This document shows, piece by piece, positions 36,469-46,686 of a stretch of 64,000 nucleotides of DNA. Within the stretch, counting starts at the first letter, position 1. Each line of letters begins with the position of its first letter. The translations under genes were made by a program, and so were the position numbers. Origin of the DNA: Candidatus Micrarchaeota archaeon (lineage in GTDB: Archaea > Micrarchaeota > Micrarchaeia > Anstonellales > Anstonellaceae); contig JAOAJY010000001.1 in assembly GCA_026413965.1 (NCBI GenBank), forward strand, positions 125,275 through 189,274. The letters are read 5' to 3'. The notes under the pieces are model-generated. The model worked only from the letters and a program-made list of their open reading frames with translations. It ran no database searches and was not told where the DNA came from.

Positions 36469-37692
36469 CAGCAGAAGCCTAAGGTAAAACAGCGGAGAGG
36501 CATATCCCTTGCGCGCCTCTTCGTCCGAAAATGTGCTTGCTATCGCTTCCCTTGCTTTCTGGCTGCTTGAGGCTTTGGCTATCACGAAGTTCAGCAGCCA
36601 CTCGTGCCTTCCAAGCTTTTGCATCATGTAGCTTCTTTCAAGCTCGTCCCCCACTTCTTTCCAAAGCCTCTCAGGATACCTGGCAAGAAAGCTTTCAGAG
36701 GTGTCTCCTGCCGCAAGAGCCTCATCTGCAACCTGCGCGGCTATTTTTCCTGAAAGAAGCGCATTCCCGATTCCTTCGCCTGAAAAAGGATCGACCAAGC
36801 CTGCCGCATCTCCGACCAAAAGCACGCCGTCCGAGTGCACTTTTCTTCTTTTTGAGCCAAAAGGCAAAGACCAAGCCTTTATTGGCGTAAGCTGCTTGGC
36901 GGACTTGAACCTTTCGGCAAAAAGCGGGTTTTTCTCTATCACCTCAAGCATGGCTTTCTGGAGGTTGACGTTCCGAGCCTTCATGTCCTCCATCACCATG
37001 CCAACGCCGACGTTCGCAAGCCCGTTCTCCAGCGGGAAAATCCAAAAATAGCCAGGCATTATGGAGCGGACGAAATGTATCTCCAAAGCATTGCCCATGC
37101 CAGAAATGCCGGAGTAATACGCCCTGTAAGCTATGCACGTGTGGGCAGGGTCAACCTCTGAGCCCCTGATTTCCCTTGCGACAAGAGAGGACACTCCGTC
37201 TGCGCCGATAATTATTTTGCCGCGGAACTCCTCTTCCCTTCCGCCTATTTTTGCCCTCACTCCGCACACCTTCCCATTCTCCCGCAACACTCCGACAACC
37301 TCAGCGCCATCCCTTGCCTCGGCTGCCTTTGCAGCCGCTTTCCAAACAATGTGGTCAAAAACCTGCCTTCTGCAAACATAGCCTTTCTTGATTCCTTTTT
37401 CCTGGCTTGCGAACGTTATGGAGGCGACCTTGCCGCTTGGCGAGGAAAATGTGACTCCCTCAACCAAGGCATGGTCTGCCCTCTCAAGCTCTCCAATAAG
37501 CCCAAGCTCCTCAATTATCTTTATGGATTTTCCGGATATGGCATCCCCGCAGGTCTTGTCTTTGGGCCATTTTTCCTTCTCCAAAAGAAGGACCTTCCTC
37601 CCTTTGCTTGACAGGAATGCGGCGGCAGAGCTTCCTGCGGGCCCTCCGCCAACCACTACAGCGTCATACATGGTTTCTGCCACAAAACTCAC
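36463..37692 (-). CDS. Geranylgeranyl reductase family FAD oxidoreductase
   Basis: VGGGPAGS, KTCGD, GADG, GYFWIFP, GDAAGLVDPFSGEGI. Confidence 0.9.
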   Translation of the reverse strand: MSFVAETMYDAVVVGGGPAGSSAAAFLSSKGRKVLLLEKEKWPKDKTCGDAISGKSIKIIEELGLIGELERADHALVEGVTFSSPSGKVASITFASQEKGIKKGYVCRRQVFDHIVWKAAAKAAEARDGAEVVGVLRENGKVCGVRAKIGGREEEFRGKIIIGADGVSSLVAREIRGSEVDPAHTCIAYRAYYSGISGMGNALEIHFVRSIMPGYFWIFPLENGLANVGVGMVMEDMKARNVNLQKAMLEVIEKNPLFAERFKSAKQLTPIKAWSLPFGSKRRKVHSDGVLLVGDAAGLVDPFSGEGIGNALLSGKIAAQVADEALAAGDTSESFLARYPERLWKEVGDELERSYMMQKLGRHEWLLNFVIAKASSSQKAREAIASTFSDEEARKGYASPLFYLRLLLS

Positions 37693-37745
37693 CAGCCTTA
37701 GCTAAATTTCCAAAACAATAAAAAAAGCTTCTGCCAACTTTATTT

Positions 37746-38381
37746 GTGGCAAGCAGCACAATTTTCTCTGGAGTGAAGGTCACATGGCTTGGGCATGCCA
37801 GCATACATCTGGAAGGCGATGGCATGTCGGTTTATGCAGACCCATATGTTCTTCCAAAGGCTCCCAAGCCGGCAGATGTCATACTTTACACTCATGGACA
37901 CTTTGACCACTGCGTAGCCGCCCCTTCAATAACTACCCACAAGACAGTTGTGATTGGGCACGGGTGCAAGCTGCCTTGCAGGGTGATACAAGCAGGTGGC
38001 ATTGAAAAAATCGGCGGATTGCTTGTGGAGGCAGTTGAAGCCTACAACATCAGCAAGCCGTATCATCCAAAAGGCTCAGGCGTGGGGTATATAGTCAAGT
38101 TCAAAACCGCCTCTGTGTACATAGCAGGCGACACCGATTTCATACCAGAGATGCGGAATTGCAAGTGCGACATAGCGCTGGTCCCTATAGGCGGGACTTA
38201 CACCATGGACGCAAAAGAGGCTGCCTTGGCGGTGGCTGCCATCAAGCCCAAGCTGGCAATACCCATCCACTTCAACTACCTTGCCGAGACCAAGGCCGAC
38301 CCTGAGGAATTCCGATCAGAGGTGGAACGGCTCTCTTTGGGGAAAATAGAAGTCAGGATATTGGCTCCTCAGGGCAGGTAG
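37746..38381 (+). CDS. MBL-fold metallo-hydrolase
   Basis: WLGHAS, THGHFDH, AGDT, PIGGTYTM, PIH. Confidence 0.88.
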   Translation: MASSTIFSGVKVTWLGHASIHLEGDGMSVYADPYVLPKAPKPADVILYTHGHFDHCVAAPSITTHKTVVIGHGCKLPCRVIQAGGIEKIGGLLVEAVEAYNISKPYHPKGSGVGYIVKFKTASVYIAGDTDFIPEMRNCKCDIALVPIGGTYTMDAKEAALAVAAIKPKLAIPIHFNYLAETKADPEEFRSEVERLSLGKIEVRILAPQGR

Positions 38382-38410
38382 GTTGTCTGGAAAGCGGAAA
38401 AGTTTTTGAT

Positions 38411-39274
38411 TTGGCTCAAGCAGCAGCCAAAGGCTTTCTCTCAGCGCTCTTTGCCTTTTTGCTTGCCTCCGGCTTATCCCTAAGCGTCATGGCGCAAAAG
38501 CTGCTTGACGCCGAAGCCTATATGGCTTCAATTGAGAAATACGCTTCCTATTCTGAAATGAGGAATCACTTGGCGGCATCCATCGCAAGAAGCTTCCCGC
38601 CAAATTTGAGGCAGGGCGCGCAAGAAGAGATAAGAAGCGCCATAACTGAGGATTATCTGCGCAGCCAAGTGCGAAATGCAGTGGGCTCTGCCCTCGACTA
38701 TCTTTCCTCAAAATCAGACAGGCTTTATTTGCGGATGGACCTCTCTCCAATCAAAGAAAAGCTGAAAGAAAGCCAGCTGCCTGAGTTGAGGGTTGCCTCT
38801 CAAGCCTTTCCTGCCAGTCTTGATTTGGCTGAGGAAGAGGGGAACTTGGAGCAGATGAAGCAGCTGGAAAGCGCGCGCCAGCAGATAAGCCAGGCAAACA
38901 AAATAAAGCACCTGCTTGTCGCAGCCTCTATCCTGCCTCTTGCGTTGCTTTTCTTTTTCCATGAAGGCTATAGAGGCTGGCTGCATGGGTGCGGAAGCCT
39001 TCTTTTGAAGGCAGGCGTATCTTGCCTATCTTTAAGCGCAGTCCTTTTTGCCATGCCTTTTGCTCTGCCAGAAATCCTTCCGTCCATGCAAAATTCATCG
39101 CAGGGAGCTGAAACCGCCCGCCTTGCCGGGCAGATATTGGGGGAAGTTTTTTCGCAGGCAGGAGTTGAGCTTGCGCTGCATTCCGCCCCAATCATTTTGG
39201 CAGGCGGAGCCCTCATGCTCCTGCTCAAGAAGCCCGAAACGAATAATAATCCAAGCTCCGAAGCTTCTGCATGA
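38411..39274 (+). CDS. Hypothetical membrane protein
   Basis: One N-terminal and three C-terminal hydrophobic helices; abuts the next gene. Confidence 0.65.
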   Translation: MAQAAAKGFLSALFAFLLASGLSLSVMAQKLLDAEAYMASIEKYASYSEMRNHLAASIARSFPPNLRQGAQEEIRSAITEDYLRSQVRNAVGSALDYLSSKSDRLYLRMDLSPIKEKLKESQLPELRVASQAFPASLDLAEEEGNLEQMKQLESARQQISQANKIKHLLVAASILPLALLFFFHEGYRGWLHGCGSLLLKAGVSCLSLSAVLFAMPFALPEILPSMQNSSQGAETARLAGQILGEVFSQAGVELALHSAPIILAGGALMLLLKKPETNNNPSSEASA

Positions 39275-42200
39275 TGATGGGGTGTCCAAAAAGGCACCTT
39301 GCCTTTCTTGCGAGCCTTCTTCTTTTCGGCTTAGCTTTCCCATCCGGGCTTTCAGGCTGCTTTTCCCCATCGCCTCTTGAAAGGTTCTGGGAGAGCCCAG
39401 GGTATTTCGAGTCCAACCCGCACGTTTCCAATTTGGGCATTTTCAAGTTCTATTCCTACGCATTTGACAATTCGACAAAAAGCCTGGAGCTTGAGCAAAC
39501 AGCGCTGCTGTCGCAGCAGGAAATCTTTTCTGCCCTAAGCCTCGAGCAAAGGGAAGAATTCTTCCCAGCCATAAAAGAGCTTGAGGCATCGCAAAGCCAC
39601 CTTTCGAAGGCAAAAGCGCATGCCGCAGAAGCCCAGAGGCTTTCCTCAGAGTCCCAAAAGCTCGCCTCGCATATTTTTGACCAAACCCAAATCGCCCTCC
39701 TTTACCTCCCCTATCCATTTTCCAACTTGCCGGCAATATGGCTTTTTCTCAAGTCCCAGGCAGCCTCTGAGTATATCTCAAAATACCCTGCAACTCTGCA
39801 AGCCGCATATTCCCACTCGGCAAGCGCCTATGACTCTGCCCAAAAAGCAGCCTATCTTGCAGCCTCCCTTGCGGACAAAAAAGCCTCGGCATTGCTGTTT
39901 GCAGGGGCAGGAGACGCCAAATACTCAGGGAAGGCGAAAAGCGCCTATTACCGCTACCAGGAGCTTCTTTCCTCAGGCAGGCTTTGCGGCAAGCAAAGGG
40001 CAGAAAGCATACGCGGCTATTTTTCATCCAGCCCCAGCATGCCTGACTTTTCGCAGGCAGGGTTCGGCCAGCATCTGAGGCAGATTGCAGGCAAAGGCAA
40101 CAATTCCTCGCTTTTCCAGCTTGCTTTGCTTTATTCCGAGCTTTCCTCTGCCCATGCCGCCATGCAAGAGGAGTACTTTGAGATGAGGGCAAGCGCGCTG
40201 GAATCCCAAAGGCAGCTTGAGCTCCACATTTCCCTGCTGGAGTCCGAAAGGCTGGACCTGATAGACAGCCTATCAAATGAGGCTGGACAAAAGAGCCTTT
40301 CAGCAGGGACAGGCTTTGCCGGGCTCTCCAGCGGCCTGAAAATAGCCAAAGACAGGCTCTTCTCATCGCAGCACCTTCTTTCGTCATCCGAATCCATCGC
40401 AAAATCAAAAGATTACCAAGGCTACCTTTCGGATGCAATCCACAAAGCCTCGCAAGCCAAAGAGCTCTCCCAAAGCTCGCTTTCTTCTCTGTCCAAAATA
40501 AGGCAAGACGCAATTTTTCTTGCGGACGGCAAAAGAAAAGAGGCGGAGCAATCCATATTAGACGCTGAAAGCTATTTCTCAAATGGAAGCCAGGCAAGCT
40601 CAAAAATGCGGGCGCAGTCTCTTCTCATGCTTCAGGATGCGAAAAAGAAGTTCAGCCTTGCGTCACAGGCAAAGCGGATAGGGGAGCAGTTTGTCCTTTA
40701 TTCAGAGGCAAAAGCCATGGCAGAAGCTTCGCGCCAGGCTTTGCTCACTGGAAGCCTGGCTTCCGCGAAAGAGCAAGCCTTCAAGGAGGTCCAGGCGCTT
40801 TCTGATGCCATCTTGAAGGCAGAAAAGGACGGGCTGGATGTCTCCTTTGAGAAGTCCAAGCTTGCAGAGTACCAGCAGCTTTTGCAGCTTGTTGATTCTG
40901 CGGAGGCAATGCTTGCATTAAGCGAAGCTTCCAGAAGCGAGCATCAAGGGCTGATTTTGAGGCTTTCAGGAAAATACCGGCATCTCTCCGACGGATTCCC
41001 GCAGCTGCAAATGCTTGTGCTGGAAATAAGAAAAAAAGACCCGCTTTTCTTGCCGGAGTTTGACAGCGTGTCCAAATACTTCAAGGAGGGGGGTTTGGAC
41101 GCCAAGGAGGCTGCAGGCAAGCTGAAGGAAATAGAGGCTTCCATCAGCGAGCTATTATCCAAGGCAAAAAGCAGAATACCTCAGCACCTCTCGCAGGTGC
41201 TCTCGGAGAATGCAGAAGCCATAGAGCTAAGGGAGCCGTTCTCGATAGGCAAGCCAAGCAAATACAAGGCAAGCATCCACACCCAAAACACAGCAGAGAT
41301 TGGCTACAGCGGCACTGTGGTGTTTTTTGCCAGGACTTCCTCTGCCCTCTCAACCCAGGACTTTTCAGGAGGAAGCCCAATCAAAGACGCTTACCAAAAA
41401 GAAGGCAAAACCGCAATAGAGATTTCCGGAGTTTCTCCAAAGCAAACCCTGTCTTTCTTCTTTGAGAAATTTGAGCAGCCGGTCCAGGCAGTCTCCCTAA
41501 AGCCATTTTGCCATTCCGCTACTCAGGAGGAGGCTTCAGCAGGGGCAGAGCTTCGTTTTGTGTCAGAAAAGCCGCTGGAATCGGCTTTTTTTGCCCTGCC
41601 TGCCCCAGAAAGCCTGGCAAGCCCATCAGCATCATATCTTGGCTTCCCTGCTGACTACATAAGGCAAGCCCCAGGAGGGATGCTTGAGGGGAGAATATCC
41701 CAAATCCAAAAGGGCGATGGGAGGCTGGAAATAAGCTATAAAGTCATGAAGCCATTTGATGCCAAAGTTGTCGAGGAGAGCTCCAAAAGCCTAGGGGCAG
41801 GAAGGCAAGCCATCCGCATGTCTTTGGTGGTTGAGAACGCGGCTCTTGATTGCGCACAAGCTTCAGTCTCTTTCCAGCTTCCTTATTTTGGGATTGAGAA
41901 CTTCTCCGTCGCAAGCCCAAGCGGCAGTGCCATATTGTCCAAGCAGGTTGCGCAAAACTCCGCAGGCTCTGAAGCAAAATTTGCCTTTTCCCCTCTTGCC
42001 AAGGGCTCAAAAGCGCATTTTGAGCTGCATTTTGAGGTCCAAAACAAATCTGAAGCTTTAAGCCACGCTATCCGGATGCTTGAGCTTTCAGCTTTGCACT
42101 CAAACAGCACCCTCCAGCATTTGGCTTTGGAGCAAGCGCGGCTTCTTGCAGAGGCAAACAAGACTGATGAGGCGCTGCTTCTTTCCCAGTCAGCCTACCG

Positions 42201-43317
42201 CCTTCAAAGCCAAAGCAGCCCTCTTGACATCATCTCCTACCAAGAGAGCCTGGAGCATGCCCAAGCTCTCCTCTCTTCGGCAAAATCCTCCCAAAAAGCA
42301 ATGCGCCAATCCTCATCAATGCATCTTGAGCTGTCAAAGGCAATAGCAGACCTTGAGTCTTCAATCTCGTCAGCCTCTTTTCTGGCTGAGCGCGGAAGCT
42401 ACTCAAAGGCGGCAAGCCAGCTTAGGGAATCTTCTGGCAGCTTCCAATCTTTCATAGCCCAGCTTGCCTCAAAATCCGCAAATGACGCATTGGAAGGGTA
42501 TTCAAAGGCAAAAGAGAGGCAGGCGGACCAAGCGCTGCTTTCATCCTGCTCGCAGGCAATTTCCCAGGGAAGCCGCCTGTTTTCCCAAGGCGAAATCCTA
42601 AAGTCGCTTGAGCGCTTCGCAGAAGCCCAAAGCATCCTGTCTGAAATTTCCGGCATCCAGGAAGCTCAAGAGAAAGAGCTGGCTTTGCAGGCAGAAGAGA
42701 TAGGGAAAAAATTCCAAGCCCTAAAAGAAGAGTTTGAAAGCAAGCTTTCGTCATATTCTCCGCAGTACTCCTCATTGTCCCAGCAAAGCAGAAGGAAGCT
42801 TCCAATAACCCCAAGCGAGGCGCAGGCAAGGCTCGCGGAGGCGCAAAGGAAGATTTCCTCAGCCTCAAAATACAAGGATGCCAAGCAGCGGCTGCAAGAG
42901 GCGAGCCAATCCTACATGCTTTTGGAGTCTGCGGACAAGTCGCTTTCAGATGCAATAAGCCAATTGCGCTCCTCAGCAGAGTCATCGCTTAAGGTGGCAA
43001 GAATAGCTTTGGCTGAGGCGCAAGCAAAGTCCTCAAGCCAGGACAGCTCCCTGCTGGCTCAGATGGAGAAAGAGGCTGAGAAGGCAGAGGAGGCTTACGC
43101 CAACGGGCTTTATGCGGATTCCCTTTCGTCTTCTGACAGGGTGATAAGCGCGGCAAACGCGCTGTTGTCATCAAAAAAGCAAGATGGCATCCCCAAGGCA
43201 GAATTGCTTGCAGCCATCTCCGCCATATTCATTATTGCGGCTGCCTATTTCCTGCTCTCAAAAGCCAACAGGGGCAGCCAGAAAAAAGAGAAGAAAAGCA
43301 TCCCCAAGTCCGATTAG
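39271..43317 (+). CDS. Large secreted, C-terminally anchored helical surface protein (1348 aa)
   Basis: Signal-peptide-like N-terminus, long A/S/Q/E/K helical regions around a beta-rich core, C-terminal TM plus basic tail. Confidence 0.75.
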   Translation: MMMGCPKRHLAFLASLLLFGLAFPSGLSGCFSPSPLERFWESPGYFESNPHVSNLGIFKFYSYAFDNSTKSLELEQTALLSQQEIFSALSLEQREEFFPAIKELEASQSHLSKAKAHAAEAQRLSSESQKLASHIFDQTQIALLYLPYPFSNLPAIWLFLKSQAASEYISKYPATLQAAYSHSASAYDSAQKAAYLAASLADKKASALLFAGAGDAKYSGKAKSAYYRYQELLSSGRLCGKQRAESIRGYFSSSPSMPDFSQAGFGQHLRQIAGKGNNSSLFQLALLYSELSSAHAAMQEEYFEMRASALESQRQLELHISLLESERLDLIDSLSNEAGQKSLSAGTGFAGLSSGLKIAKDRLFSSQHLLSSSESIAKSKDYQGYLSDAIHKASQAKELSQSSLSSLSKIRQDAIFLADGKRKEAEQSILDAESYFSNGSQASSKMRAQSLLMLQDAKKKFSLASQAKRIGEQFVLYSEAKAMAEASRQALLTGSLASAKEQAFKEVQALSDAILKAEKDGLDVSFEKSKLAEYQQLLQLVDSAEAMLALSEASRSEHQGLILRLSGKYRHLSDGFPQLQMLVLEIRKKDPLFLPEFDSVSKYFKEGGLDAKEAAGKLKEIEASISELLSKAKSRIPQHLSQVLSENAEAIELREPFSIGKPSKYKASIHTQNTAEIGYSGTVVFFARTSSALSTQDFSGGSPIKDAYQKEGKTAIEISGVSPKQTLSFFFEKFEQPVQAVSLKPFCHSATQEEASAGAELRFVSEKPLESAFFALPAPESLASPSASYLGFPADYIRQAPGGMLEGRISQIQKGDGRLEISYKVMKPFDAKVVEESSKSLGAGRQAIRMSLVVENAALDCAQASVSFQLPYFGIENFSVASPSGSAILSKQVAQNSAGSEAKFAFSPLAKGSKAHFELHFEVQNKSEALSHAIRMLELSALHSNSTLQHLALEQARLLAEANKTDEALLLSQSAYRLQSQSSPLDIISYQESLEHAQALLSSAKSSQKAMRQSSSMHLELSKAIADLESSISSASFLAERGSYSKAASQLRESSGSFQSFIAQLASKSANDALEGYSKAKERQADQALLSSCSQAISQGSRLFSQGEILKSLERFAEAQSILSEISGIQEAQEKELALQAEEIGKKFQALKEEFESKLSSYSPQYSSLSQQSRRKLPITPSEAQARLAEAQRKISSASKYKDAKQRLQEASQSYMLLESADKSLSDAISQLRSSAESSLKVARIALAEAQAKSSSQDSSLLAQMEKEAEKAEEAYANGLYADSLSSSDRVISAANALLSSKKQDGIPKAELLAAISAIFIIAAAYFLLSKANRGSQKKEKKSIPKSD

Positions 43318-43901
43318 CCTAGCCTGGCAATCTCGGATTCTATGGCTTGCTTGAATTTCCCAAAAGGCTGCGCACCCATTATCTTGGTTTCCCCAATCTT
43401 GAAGGTGGGCGTCGCAGCAATCCCTTCCTTTTCTGCCTCTTCCATGTCTTTAAGCACCTTCTCCCTCCCCCTGCCGGATGCCACGCAAGATCGGAATTCC
43501 TCCATGTCAACCCCAATTTCTGATGCGTGCTTTTGCAGGTCCGAGTCCGAAAGCGCATGCTGGCTTGAAAAGAGCCTGTCGTGCATCTCCCAGAATTTGC
43601 CCTGCTCCTCGGCGCAGGCAGCCGCAATCGCAGCAGGCATGGCTCGGGGATGGATTCCAACAAGCGGATAGTGCCGGAAGACCAGCTTCACCTCATTAGG
43701 ATAAGCCCGCAACACCTCCTCAACAACAGGCTGCGCTTTAGCGCAGAATGGGCATTCGAAGTCCGAATACTCATAAATCACGATTTTCGCACTCGGGCTT
43801 CCGCGGTATGCTCTCCCATTTTCCATTCCTGCGCTTATGGGCGCGGCTGCGCACCCAAAAAGCAAAGCTGCCATAAGAGCCAGCAGCGCAAAATTCCTCA
43901 T
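43314..43901 (-). CDS. DsbA/thioredoxin-fold disulfide oxidoreductase with lipoprotein-type signal
   Basis: LLFGC lipobox-like motif, SDFECPFC, QGKFWEMHD, ATPTF. Confidence 0.9.
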   Translation of the reverse strand: MRNFALLALMAALLFGCAAAPISAGMENGRAYRGSPSAKIVIYEYSDFECPFCAKAQPVVEEVLRAYPNEVKLVFRHYPLVGIHPRAMPAAIAAACAEEQGKFWEMHDRLFSSQHALSDSDLQKHASEIGVDMEEFRSCVASGRGREKVLKDMEEAEKEGIAATPTFKIGETKIMGAQPFGKFKQAIESEIARLG

Positions 43902-43959
43902 GCATGCAGATAGGGCAAAATCGATTAAAACCATTTCTGCTAACTATTTTGGTGGTTTT

Positions 43960-44358
43960 ATGTATCAGGCAAAGCTGATAAAGGCAGATACCATCCCTGA
44001 GGCTGCCGAGCAAATAAGGAAAATAGACGTCGGAGAGGAGTGCGTCAGGATAATGAAAGACAAGGCAGTCTTCCGCCTCGTCAAGCTGCATGATGTGCGG
44101 AATGCTGTCGCCAACATAATAAAGCAAGAGATGATTTCGTGCGGCGGAGACGCCACAGTCTCGCAATGGACTGTCAATTGCACGCACCCAAAAACAGATG
44201 TTCTTCTGATGGGCACCATAAAGCAATACAAGCTTCTTATTGCCAAGATGAGGATGCAAGGCGCCTACAGGCCAAACGAAGAGAAGAAAAAAGAATACAA
44301 GGCAGTCTGCGACGAGCTTTCTGAGATCCTCAAAGACGACTTGAAGCCAAAAGACTGA
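43960..44358 (+). CDS. Stand-alone protein resembling the N-terminal extension of some dihydropteroate synthases
   Basis: ANIIKQEMISCGGDATV, TDVLLMGT; no pterin-binding barrel follows. Confidence 0.65.
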   Translation: MYQAKLIKADTIPEAAEQIRKIDVGEECVRIMKDKAVFRLVKLHDVRNAVANIIKQEMISCGGDATVSQWTVNCTHPKTDVLLMGTIKQYKLLIAKMRMQGAYRPNEEKKKEYKAVCDELSEILKDDLKPKD

Positions 44359-44417
44359 GGGCTTGCCCTCTTGCCCAGCCTGGCAATTATAAAACTTAGC
44401 TGGCATATGTAGTTGGT

Positions 44418-45326
44418 GTGGGCGTGCGGGACCTCATTTCAATCCGCGACCTTGGGAAAAAAGACATAGAGTCCTTCCTTTCAGAAGCCTCCAGGATGGA
44501 AAAGCTGCTGACCAAGCCAAAGCACCTGCTCTCAGGAAAGATAATCGCCAGCATGTTCTTTGAGGCATCCACCAGGACCAACATGTCTTTCCAGACTGCC
44601 GCAAAAAGGCTGGGCGGAAAGCTTCTGACTTTTTACCCTTCCATAAGCTCCGCAGCCAAAGGAGAAAGCCTGGCAGACACGATAAGGATGATGGATGGCT
44701 ATGTGGATGCTATTGTGCTGCGCCATCCTTACGAGGGGGCTGCCCGGTTTGCAGCTGATTTGGCGGAGCATCCTGTGATAAATGCGGGGGATGGCGGAAA
44801 CCAGCATCCGACTCAGACGTTGATTGACCTTTACACAATCAAGAAGCTCAAAGGAAAAATCCAGGGCTTGAAAGTGACGCTTATGGGCGACTTGAAGCAT
44901 GCCCGCGCAATGCGCTCGCTTCTTTACGGCCTTTCGATGTTTGGCGCAGAAGTGGCTCTTGCCTCCCCGCCTTCGCTTGCGATGGACCAGGACATAATAA
45001 GCGAAGTGAAAAGCAAATTTGGGGCAGAGCCCGTCCAGTCGCAAAAGGCTGAGCTTAAGGACTGCGACGTGCTTTACGTGTGCAGGATACAAAAGGAGCG
45101 CTTCCCAGACCAGTATGAGGCTGAAAAGATGCAGAGGGATTTCCGGGTGGACTTGGAGCTGCTCAGCCACGCAGATGAGTCAATGGCAATACTCCATCCT
45201 CTGCCCAAAGTCGATGAGATACCGCCAGAGGTGGATTCAGACCCCCGCGCAAAATACTTTGAGCAGGCGAAAAACGGCGTGCCTGTCCGCATGGCGGTCC
45301 TGAACAAATGCATAAATGGAAGGTAA
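44418..45326 (+). CDS. pyrB: Aspartate carbamoyltransferase catalytic subunit
   Basis: FFEASTRT, KGESLADT, HPTQ, RIQKER, HPLP. Confidence 0.95.
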   Translation: MGVRDLISIRDLGKKDIESFLSEASRMEKLLTKPKHLLSGKIIASMFFEASTRTNMSFQTAAKRLGGKLLTFYPSISSAAKGESLADTIRMMDGYVDAIVLRHPYEGAARFAADLAEHPVINAGDGGNQHPTQTLIDLYTIKKLKGKIQGLKVTLMGDLKHARAMRSLLYGLSMFGAEVALASPPSLAMDQDIISEVKSKFGAEPVQSQKAELKDCDVLYVCRIQKERFPDQYEAEKMQRDFRVDLELLSHADESMAILHPLPKVDEIPPEVDSDPRAKYFEQAKNGVPVRMAVLNKCINGR

Positions 45327-45330
45327 TGCT

Positions 45331-45768
45331 ATGCCGCTGACAGTCCAAAAGATAGAGGAAGGGACAGTGATTGACCACATCACCGCAGGAGCCGGCACAA
45401 AAGTCCTGCAAATGCTGTCCTCCTCCTATCCAATATCAAAGATGTGCGCGCTGATAATAAATGCCCCAAGCAGAAAGCTTGGGAAAAAAGACATAGTCAA
45501 AATAGAGGGCGTGTTCCTGGAAGAGAAGACGGTGAACAAAATATCGCTTGTCGCCCCCCAAGCAACTGTCAACATAATAAGGCAAGGCAAAGTCAGCGGC
45601 AAGCAGAAAGTCAGCCTGCCGCCTGTGTTGTCAGGGGTTGTCAAATGCCCCAACCCCAAATGCATAACCAATCTGGAGCGCGCAGAGACCTGCTTTTTAC
45701 AAATGCAAGATGGGCAGCTCCGCTGCAAGCACTGCGAAAGGGTGTTCAAGCCCTCAGAGCTTGCCTGA
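45331..45768 (+). CDS. pyrI: Aspartate carbamoyltransferase regulatory subunit
   Basis: GTVIDHI, KKDIVKIE, CPNPKCIT, CKHCE. Confidence 0.95.
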   Translation: MPLTVQKIEEGTVIDHITAGAGTKVLQMLSSSYPISKMCALIINAPSRKLGKKDIVKIEGVFLEEKTVNKISLVAPQATVNIIRQGKVSGKQKVSLPPVLSGVVKCPNPKCITNLERAETCFLQMQDGQLRCKHCERVFKPSELA

Positions 45769-45771
45769 GGG

Positions 45772-46119
45772 ATGGATATGAAAGAGCTTTTTTTGAAAAT
45801 CAAGCCAAGCTCAATCCTTCTTTTGCTCAAAGACAGCCAGCAATCCTGGTATCCATCCAAGCTTGCCAGGGCATCAGGAGCATCCTATGTCCACACGGTC
45901 AATCTCCTTGGCAAGCTCAGGAAGGCAAATGTCGTGTCTCTTGAGAAAAAAGGCAAGCAAACCTGCTACAGGCTCACTGAGAAAGGGGCGCATCTTGCCC
46001 TCTCGCTTGACGACTTTTCAAAAAAATGCGACTCCCTTGCCGCCGATTCGGAAAAGGCTGCGCCACAGCAGCAGCCATCGCCTCAGCCGCCCCAAGACAA
46101 GCCTTTGCAGCAGAAATGA
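45772..46119 (+). CDS. Winged-helix (MarR-like) DNA-binding protein
   Basis: YPSKLARASGASYVH..., KKGK...YRLTEKG wing. Confidence 0.75.
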   Translation: MDMKELFLKIKPSSILLLLKDSQQSWYPSKLARASGASYVHTVNLLGKLRKANVVSLEKKGKQTCYRLTEKGAHLALSLDDFSKKCDSLAADSEKAAPQQQPSPQPPQDKPLQQK

Positions 46120-46152
46120 ATTAAGTATTTATATCTTGCACAAGCTTTTCAT

Positions 46153-46683
46153 TTGGTGATACTCTTGCCGTCAGCAAAGCAAGCATCCGCATCAACGCAG
46201 GCGCCCCTCAAGCCCATGCTTCATTTTTTGCCTGAGGGCTTGCCCAGGAAAGCTGCCGAGTTTTTGGTTGCAATCATCCCAGGCGCGATTTTGCTTTTCG
46301 CCTTTTTCATAGCTGCTGAGGCAACGGTGGCGATTTTCACGGGAGAGAAAGGCAACAGCTTCATGTCTGTGATTTTTCTTCCTGTCATCTGCTTGCTCCC
46401 CCTGCTTTCCGGGGTGGTGTCTGCTCTCATTTTGGAGAAGCTTCGCAGAGCCCAAGTCAGCGTTGTTGATGGGGCGGTTGCAGGGGCAGCCTCAGCAATG
46501 GCAGGCTCAGCCGCCTCCTCGTTCGTGCTTGTCGCCCTTGACATCGCCTTGAGGCTGCACCCATTCGGCAATTCAATAACCGGGCTGATGCTGGCTCTTG
46601 TGATGGCTTTTGTGGTTGCCATGGACACTCTGCTTGGAGCTATCGGCGGCGGGATGACCGCGAAATTCCTCAAGGATTTCTGA
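46153..46683 (+). CDS. Four-TM membrane protein
   Basis: Four hydrophobic helices with small-residue (G/A) motifs. Confidence 0.65.
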   Translation: MVILLPSAKQASASTQAPLKPMLHFLPEGLPRKAAEFLVAIIPGAILLFAFFIAAEATVAIFTGEKGNSFMSVIFLPVICLLPLLSGVVSALILEKLRRAQVSVVDGAVAGAASAMAGSAASSFVLVALDIALRLHPFGNSITGLMLALVMAFVVAMDTLLGAIGGGMTAKFLKDF

Positions 46684-46686
46684 GCC

